Positions 25,742 through 31,551 of a stretch of 31,551 bases of DNA are shown one piece after another. The translations under genes and the position numbers were made by a program. The stretch's first letter is position 1. Each line of letters opens with the position of its first letter. This DNA is from a virus (taxonomy: Duplodnaviria > Caudoviricetes): positions 1 to 31,551 of IMG/VR virus record IMGVR_UViG_3300044956_000209; one strand, given 5' to 3'. Under the pieces are notes generated by a model. The model was not told the DNA's origin and ran no database searches. It saw only the letters and a list, made by a program, of their open reading frames with translations.

Positions 25742-26025
25742 TTCTTCACCTTCCTCTTCCTGAAACGAAACCAGCCCTTGAATGATGGGTCAACCCGCAC
25801 AAGCAGCCGAGCGTACTTGCTGCGGTACACGTTGTTCAACTTGAACCTGCCCGCCAGTGAATCGTCGGTGTCGAATCGCATTTCCCAGCGGAGAATCTGC
25901 CAGACTTGCTCAGCCGATCCACGCTCGGGCTGAGACTTGCGGAGTTGGCTAGCCACATACCGGAACTTGGCAAAGACGTGTGGATTGCCACAGTGGAAGT
26001 CTGCGAATGAGCGGGGGCGTTTCAT
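25738..26025 (-). CDS. Conserved phage hypothetical protein
   Basis: FH..NPHVF..F...ILRWE...FKLNN.YRS.YARL pattern; ATGA-coupled start at 26025. Confidence 0.7.
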   Translation of the reverse strand: MKRPRSFADFHCGNPHVFAKFRYVASQLRKSQPERGSAEQVWQILRWEMRFDTDDSLAGRFKLNNVYRSKYARLLVRVDPSFKGWFRFRKRKVKK

Positions 26026-28346
26026 GCGGGCTCTCCGGTAAACAAAGTCACATCCTCTTCCGCACACTCTCGCGTTGCCCTTGTCAGGTTCTCAATCGCC
26101 TGAGTGACATACTCCCCCTTCAACTCCGCACACATCGCCTTGCGGCCCATCTTGATCGCAATGTACGGCTCGGACCCGATGCCACCGAAAGGCGAGTAAA
26201 CCAGATCGCCCGGGTTGCTCCACAACTCCACACACCTAGCGATCACGTCCAACTGCAACGGGCAGATGTGCTTGGTGTCATTCTCGCCCTTGGCACTGCG
26301 GTAGTTATTCAGCACGTTTGTTTGCCGAATATCCATCCATACCGGCGATGCGTACCGCTGCCAAATGTTGATCGAGTCAGTGCGAGCGTTGCCCTCCGAT
26401 TCCCAAGGCGATTCGCCAATGTATTTATTGAAGCGCGCATCAGGATCGCGTCGGACGGGATCGGGGAACTGGTCGATGCCATCCACCCACTTGCGAAACA
26501 CCACCACATAATCCGCCATGCCCTGCCGCGAGTTGCATGAGTCTTTGCACAGAATCTTGTGCAATAGGCCGTGATTCTTTGTCCGCTGCATTTCAATCAC
26601 TGGGTCTTTCCAGATCGTGATACGCGAGTGGTATTGCCAGCCGCAACGCTCGTGAGCGGCCACAATCTTGCCGGGAAAGTCTTTCAGGCCAGCGGCACCG
26701 TCACGCCCCTTGTACGCGGGCAGGTCTTTGCAGTGAACCGCCGTCAACCGCCCGGGAATCGTGACGCGGTACAGTTCCCTCAACAGGTATTCATAATGCC
26801 GAAAGAACTCTTCGGAGTTGGCGGAGTTTCCCATGTCCGCCATGCTTTCTGAGTATGTATAAAGATTTTCAAATGGCGGGGAATACACGCTCAATCCAAC
26901 AGAATCGGACGGCATCGCTCGCGTCACCTCAACACAGTCGCCGTGAGCGATAGTCCAATCGCCATCCTTGTGATAGACCGGAGCGGCCACGTCGTTGAGT
27001 TTCTTTCGACCAAACACCTCGTCCATTTGCGCCTCCCGCATGGCATCGACCATGCCAGACTTCATCAACTCATGGGCACGGGACTTGCCTTGCACGCTGC
27101 TGGCAATCGCCGTTTCGTGATCGGATTGGACAATGACACACCGGACCTTGCTTGTCTGTCCGAATCGGTAGCATCGGCGTACCGCCTGATAAAAACGCTC
27201 GAATGAATACGAGAGGCCGATGAAGGCCATATTGTGGCAGTGCTGAAGATTCACACCAAACCCGGCGATCTCTGGCTTCGTGACAAGCACGCGAGTCTTT
27301 CCAGACAGAAATCCGTCCATTCGAGATTCGCGTTCAAAGTCTTTCATGTCGCCACGAATCTCAACCGCATCGGGGATCAGCGGCATCAACTCATCGGCCT
27401 CGTAGTTGGAATCACACCACACGATCCACAACTCATCGCTCGCGTTCACAATCTCGGCAACCGCCTTGGCACGATTAGGAGCCGACTCGCGTTTCACTTG
27501 ATGGATAGATGTAGCGGACAACTCCACGTCTCCAAACAATGCGTCGTCCGCTTTCTTGTGGGGGGCATCGACAGTGACGTACTCGTAATCCAAACCCGGA
27601 AGGTTGTAGCCCTCGTCGCTTCCGCCAATGTCACTCGGCTTATCAATCGCCACCGCCCACGATGCCACCCACCGCCAGAAATCTTCAGCGGCGTGCGGCT
27701 TGAGATCGTACTTGCCCGCTTCCATGAGATCGTTCTGAAACCAGCGGGCGATCATCTCATAAGAATCCATCACGCCTAGGAATTGGGCATGGTTGCCGAG
27801 TTCAAGATTGTCATTGGGCGACGGCGTAGCGGTACATGCCAACCGGTACGGCGTTTCATTGAACGCTGCAATTAGTTGCTGTTTGGTTTTGCCCATGAAA
27901 GACTTGAGGATCGACGATTCATCCAGCACAACTCCACCAAAGACGGCGGTATCCAGTTTGTCAAGCCGCTCGTAGTTGCACACAGAGATACCAGTGCCCA
28001 CCTCGTCCGCCGACTTCACACCATGCACTTCGCAGTCGATGCTGAACTTGACGGCCTCTCGGCACGTTTGCGGGCCGACAGACAGTGGTGTAAGAATGAG
28101 TACCGGTTTGCCGGTTTTCTTGTGGACCCGCTCCGCCCACGCTAGTTGCATGGCAGTCTTTCCAAGCCCACACTCCGCAAAGATCGCGGCTGTTCCACGC
28201 TTCACACACCACCGTACAATCTCCTTCTGCCACGGAAACAGTGCAAGCGGGAGAGATTCGACTGGAATATCAAAGCCGCAATAGTCCGCCTTGACATGCT
28301 TCGCGTTGACGAACGACTTGTATTCGTGAATATCAATTTGATTCAT
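26022..28346 (-). CDS. SNF2-like helicase fused to an N4/N6 (beta-class) DNA methyltransferase
   Basis: ECGLGKT, DESS, TATP and QAVRRCYRFGQ, then HGDCVE, YSPPF and VYSPFGGIGSE; AGGAGG SD. Confidence 0.92.
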   Translation of the reverse strand: MNQIDIHEYKSFVNAKHVKADYCGFDIPVESLPLALFPWQKEIVRWCVKRGTAAIFAECGLGKTAMQLAWAERVHKKTGKPVLILTPLSVGPQTCREAVKFSIDCEVHGVKSADEVGTGISVCNYERLDKLDTAVFGGVVLDESSILKSFMGKTKQQLIAAFNETPYRLACTATPSPNDNLELGNHAQFLGVMDSYEMIARWFQNDLMEAGKYDLKPHAAEDFWRWVASWAVAIDKPSDIGGSDEGYNLPGLDYEYVTVDAPHKKADDALFGDVELSATSIHQVKRESAPNRAKAVAEIVNASDELWIVWCDSNYEADELMPLIPDAVEIRGDMKDFERESRMDGFLSGKTRVLVTKPEIAGFGVNLQHCHNMAFIGLSYSFERFYQAVRRCYRFGQTSKVRCVIVQSDHETAIASSVQGKSRAHELMKSGMVDAMREAQMDEVFGRKKLNDVAAPVYHKDGDWTIAHGDCVEVTRAMPSDSVGLSVYSPPFENLYTYSESMADMGNSANSEEFFRHYEYLLRELYRVTIPGRLTAVHCKDLPAYKGRDGAAGLKDFPGKIVAAHERCGWQYHSRITIWKDPVIEMQRTKNHGLLHKILCKDSCNSRQGMADYVVVFRKWVDGIDQFPDPVRRDPDARFNKYIGESPWESEGNARTDSINIWQRYASPVWMDIRQTNVLNNYRSAKGENDTKHICPLQLDVIARCVELWSNPGDLVYSPFGGIGSEPYIAIKMGRKAMCAELKGEYVTQAIENLTRATRECAEEDVTLFTGEPA

Positions 28347-28580
28347 CCTTCCTCCTAATCCCCCGCCCCGGCATCAACCGAACCGGTCCCCTACCGCCGC
28401 AAGCCAGCCCAACGCGGACTGGCTGCAACGACGGGGAAAAGTTGGAATCCCCCCGCCCGCTTCGAGGTCGGGCGGGGAGTGTGTCGCTCCGTGGTTCGCC
28501 CCCCGCGACGAGGGGGAAAGGGTCCGTCGGGAGACTGGGGTATCCCGACTCCGGCACTCACGGCTTGCCGGGCATGAGAA

Positions 28581-29006
28581 TCAGAAAGGGACATCAATCT
28601 CGCCCGGCCCCGGTGTCACGGGCTTACGCGGCGCGTCCTTGGCTGGCACAGACGCGGACGACGGAAGGAACTTGCCGACTTTGTTCTTATCGCCATACGC
28701 ATCGTCCTGCTGAATCTTCAACTCGACGCGAAGATTCATGCCGATGCAGTTGACGGGATCGAACAGGCCCGCCTCAAACTCGGCATCCTTGCCAACCGCC
28801 TTGGCAAGTTTCTTGACCTTCCACGCCATCTCGCCAGTCAGGTATTCGTAGACGATGATTTCGGTGTCGCCGTACACGCGCAACTTCACCACACACATCG
28901 GCTTGTTCGCCTTGGAGAACTTGTGTTCGGCGTGTTCAATCACCGCCTCATACTCGCCCTCTGGCAATACCGGCTTGTCCGCGTCCTTTGGGTTGTACCA
29001 ACTCAC
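28581..29006 (-). CDS. DUF669-like single-stranded DNA-binding protein
   Basis: LPEGEYEAVIEHAE...SKANKPM...; acidic EIDVPF C-terminus; follows the AAA ATPase. Confidence 0.8.
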   Translation of the reverse strand: MSWYNPKDADKPVLPEGEYEAVIEHAEHKFSKANKPMCVVKLRVYGDTEIIVYEYLTGEMAWKVKKLAKAVGKDAEFEAGLFDPVNCIGMNLRVELKIQQDDAYGDKNKVGKFLPSSASVPAKDAPRKPVTPGPGEIDVPF

Positions 29007-29848
29007 TTCGCACCTCCGACCTGTTGAAGCATGAACGCGATGCACTTGGCAGCGGCATCACTTGGCATCTCTGCAAACGAATCGGCCTTGGCCTTGTCCA
29101 GCCACTTGTCTACCGTCTCATCGGGCAGGCTGAGTAGCCGTGTGAGGCGTTCCATCTCGGCCACCTGCTCGGGTGTCGCCAGTGTTTCACCCACGCCAGC
29201 ACGCTCAATCACCGCCCGCCCGTACCTATCAGCGATTTCGCTGTAGGAGAACGGGAACACTTCCCCGTCGGCGAACCCTGATACACGGGTTTTCTTGACG
29301 ATGCCGACGCGATTCTGCCCGCGCTTGTCAATCTCGAAAACCAGATCGAACAGGTAATCGAGTTTCTTGTACCCGTCAAACGTGCGACCCTCAAACTTCA
29401 TGCCGTCGCCGTACACGTTCTTCGCGTGACACGTCACAATCACATTGGTATCAATCCTCAGCAGCAGATTGACAAGGTGCTTCATGTGCTTGTCGGCCTC
29501 TCCGTAGTGCCGACCAAACTCGTTGCCAACCTTCCGCTCGGCCTTCGCCAGCAGATCGTTGTAGACCACCGTGATTGGGTCGATAATCACGGTCTGAATA
29601 TCGCCGGGGTTCTTGACCAGATCAGTAATCGCCGCCAGCATTTCATTGAAGTCCGAGGTTTGCAGCACCACGCCACCGACCTTATTCAATTGATCCACAT
29701 ACGCATCATTGACCGCACCCTTTTCGGTGTCGATCAACGCCGGACGCGGGAACTGGATAGCCGCCGTGGTCTTACCCACGCCAGCAGGCCCGTAGAACAT
29801 GGCCTTCAGTCGCTTTTCTTCCTTGCTCGGCTTCACAAACTTTGACAT
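29003..29848 (-). CDS. AAA_24/Sak4-like P-loop ATPase (recombination)
   Basis: FYGPAGVGKTT, IDTEKG, VIIDPIT, VIVTCH; adjacent to an SSB gene. Confidence 0.85.
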   Translation of the reverse strand: MSKFVKPSKEEKRLKAMFYGPAGVGKTTAAIQFPRPALIDTEKGAVNDAYVDQLNKVGGVVLQTSDFNEMLAAITDLVKNPGDIQTVIIDPITVVYNDLLAKAERKVGNEFGRHYGEADKHMKHLVNLLLRIDTNVIVTCHAKNVYGDGMKFEGRTFDGYKKLDYLFDLVFEIDKRGQNRVGIVKKTRVSGFADGEVFPFSYSEIADRYGRAVIERAGVGETLATPEQVAEMERLTRLLSLPDETVDKWLDKAKADSFAEMPSDAAAKCIAFMLQQVGGAK

Positions 29849-29903
29849 ACCAAACACTCCGATGGTGCATATTCAATCGGGCGCACCGTTCCCGCTTTAC
29901 TTA

Positions 29904-30125
29904 TCAAATATCCGCCGCACACGCCTTGCACATAGTTTCCTTGCCGATCTTCACGAAATCGCCGCCATCGGTTTCTTGCTCGCAGTAGCCGCATTTGCGG
30001 CAGCCGCGTTCGCACTCGCCGTTATACGTTGTGCTGTCACACATCTCGCACCGGCCCTCGGCCACATCATCTTCATAGAGATCGGGACCGCGGTACCGTT
30101 CAGGACCAATCCAGTTGAAGCACAT
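29904..30125 (-). CDS. Small Cys-rich hypothetical protein (73 aa)
   Basis: AGGAG SD; four CxxC-like pairs. Confidence 0.65.
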   Translation of the reverse strand: MCFNWIGPERYRGPDLYEDDVAEGRCEMCDSTTYNGECERGCRKCGYCEQETDGGDFVKIGKETMCKACAADI

Positions 30126-30176
30126 AGTGAACTCCTTTCAAATACCCGCCCCACGCCACCGCGTAGGGCGAGTGAG

Positions 30177-30533
30177 TCAGCCCTGCCGGGTGGAGCCGGA
30201 GGGCGCGTCTTCCAATTTCGCCAGCGTCTCCGCCAGCCGCGCCTTATCACTCGACCGCAACTCATCGTCTGCAAACACCGCATTGATCGCGGCGATGATG
30301 CCGGACTGGAAGCCGATTCGGTGTGCCGCGTCAACGTGCTTCGTGACCCAGCCATATGGCCGCGTCTCAATCGACCCGTCGGCGTTGCCAACAACGGCGG
30401 TTGCCGTGTCGCCCTGCCCGAGAATCGCCAGCGGCACCTCGTCCGCCTCGGCGGGGTTGATCTTCGTCGGGTCGAACGCCCGCACGTCCGCGATGAGTTT
30501 GTCGGTGCCCTTGTTGTGGAGGTATTCGCTCAT
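30177..30533 (-). CDS. Hypothetical protein (118 aa)
   Basis: TAATG overlap with the upstream gene. Confidence 0.65.
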   Translation of the reverse strand: MSEYLHNKGTDKLIADVRAFDPTKINPAEADEVPLAILGQGDTATAVVGNADGSIETRPYGWVTKHVDAAHRIGFQSGIIAAINAVFADDELRSSDKARLAETLAKLEDAPSGSTRQG

Positions 30534-30730
30534 TACTTGATCTCCGCAAACGCGGCCTGAATCGTGGCGTTGGTCAAGCCGTTGACCATCGCTTCCGCCT
30601 CGGCCTTGCAGGTGGTGTTTCCGATCTGGCGAGCGTGATATCCGGGAGTGACCGCAAAAACCCCCCACTCTTCGCCCGTCTCTGTTTCCCGAACTTCGTA
30701 CCGTGTGCTGGTGTTCAATGCCTGCTTCAT
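30533..30730 (-). CDS. Hypothetical protein (65 aa), first gene of the leftward arm
   Basis: GAAAGGG SD before ATG 30730. Confidence 0.6.
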   Translation of the reverse strand: MKQALNTSTRYEVRETETGEEWGVFAVTPGYHARQIGNTTCKAEAEAMVNGLTNATIQAAFAEIK

Positions 30731-30882
30731 GTTTGCCCTTTCATGCGTACCCATATCGCCCCATGAGTCTAACAGTAATTCGGCAGAATCCAGCGGCAAA
30801 TGCAGGATTCCAGAAAGATTTTTCGTAAACCCATGCAAATACTAGACTTGCGAGAAATCTTTTTGCGGGGGCTAAAGTGGCC

Positions 30883-30910
30883 TTGACGGGCGTACCGATA
30901 TAGGTACACT
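30883..30910 (+). promoter_or_regulatory. Sigma70-type rightward promoter
   Basis: TTGACG-16 nt-TACACT, followed 7 nt later by an ATG (leaderless). Confidence 0.65.
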
Positions 30911-30917
30911 CATCGGC

Positions 30918-31079
30918 ATGAGATTCTTCACCACCGCAGACCTTGCCGCGCGGTTCCGCACGTCGCGCCCGGCAATCCTGAAACGTGCGAAGCGGCGCGA
31001 CATCAAGCCCGCAAAGACGACTGGGCGTACCCACTTGTGGTCAGCGAAGCAGGCCAAGCAACTGAAAGGACGAGCATGA
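30918..31079 (+). CDS. Xis/MerR-type winged HTH protein (53 aa); not in the ORF track
   Basis: Hand-translated as MRFFTTADLAARFRTSRPAILKRAKRRDIKPAKTTGRTHLWSAKQAKQLKGRA; ATGA-coupled to the next gene. Confidence 0.75.
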   Translation: MRFFTTADLAARFRTSRPAILKRAKRRDIKPAKTTGRTHLWSAKQAKQLKGRA

Positions 31080-31291
31080 TCCCGAACCCGTTTACTGTGA
31101 TTCCCGAGAAGAAAACCATCACCATCCCGCTGGGTGCGACGTTTGCGGGTGATGGTGATAAGTGGCTTGAGTGCGATTCGATTGGCGGTCTTCGCTTTTC
31201 ACAAAGCCGCCCAGGACGCACTTGCCGATGCTCCCAAGCCGGAGGGGGTGTGATGCGAGATGTACCCCACGAAGTGTTGGAGGCGGCATGA
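31076..31291 (+). CDS. Hypothetical protein (71 aa)
   Basis: AAAGGA SD; ATGA overlaps at both ends. Confidence 0.6.
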   Translation: MIPNPFTVIPEKKTITIPLGATFAGDGDKWLECDSIGGLRFSQSRPGRTCRCSQAGGGVMRDVPHEVLEAA

Positions 31292-31371
31292 CCGATCCCG
31301 TCACCATCATGATCGGCGACACCATTGAACAGATGGGCACGATGCCGGAGAGTGTTGGGAGAATCTTTTAA
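31288..31371 (+). pseudogene. 27-aa ORF resembling the truncated N-terminus of an N4/N6 DNA methyltransferase
   Basis: MTDPVTIMIGDTIEQMGTMPESVG aligns by eye with WTIAHGDCVEVTRAMPSDSVG of the in-genome MTase; GGAGG SD. Confidence 0.5.
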
Positions 31372-31551
31372 GGGCGGTGCGGCATGAAGTGTAATTCGAT
31401 ACACATTTGGAGTGATGCGAGGTGTTGTCGTCAGCGTGGACATGACGGATATTGTTGGTCACGGTCCAAGACCGACAGGTTTGGCGTGATGGTTCGTGCT
31501 GTGTGGTGGAGTGAGAACGGAAAGTTCAAGTCGCACCACGCATACGAGTAT
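31344..31551. repeat. Right copy of 208-bp terminal direct repeat
   Basis: Matches 1-208 with one mismatch. Confidence 0.97.

Noticed and set aside
2300-30600. Numerous long plus-strand ORFs in the track
   Set aside because: They are antisense shadows of GC-rich minus-strand genes, which tile with coupled start/stop overlaps and carry recognisable motifs.
1-31551. Stop-codon reassignment or a suppressor tRNA
   Set aside because: Core genes are intact in the standard code and end in TAA, TGA and TAG; the tRNA-like anticodon is TCC.
1-31551. Host assignment (some virion proteins recall Planctomycetota-associated phages)
   Set aside because: This is an impression only; it needs homology, CRISPR-spacer or k-mer evidence that I cannot compute.

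Overview
The window is an apparently complete small tailed-phage genome. The unit length is about 31.3 kb, and bases 1-208 are repeated at 31344-31551 with one mismatch. It has an HK97-type head and a short non-contractile (siphovirus-like) tail. Most genes lie on the minus strand: a recombination/replication block (AAA/Sak4-like ATPase, DUF669-like SSB, SNF2-helicase/DNA-methyltransferase fusion, replication initiator with internal iteron-like repeats, helicase-loader-like protein), then membrane/lysis candidates, a beta-helix spike, terminase, a portal-gpF fusion, prohead protease, capsid, decoration, neck, tail tube, a short tape measure and distal tail genes. A short plus-strand arm starts at a divergent promoter (~30900), wraps through the terminal repeat, and carries an Xis/MerR-type HTH gene, an Hjc-like resolvase and a Mom-like DNA-hypermodification gene. 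I found no integrase, cI-type repressor or DNA polymerase. The most striking feature is a complete tRNA-Gly(TCC)-like cloverleaf (1187-1262) written in frame inside the 5' end of the Mom-like ORF. It has glycyl identity elements but several non-translational features. It is preceded by a structured, possibly pseudoknotted leader and followed by a small Zn-ribbon gene. This suggests a self-contained 'enzyme plus dedicated glycyl-donor RNA' DNA-modification cassette. All protein calls come from motif recognition and gene order; no database searches were run.
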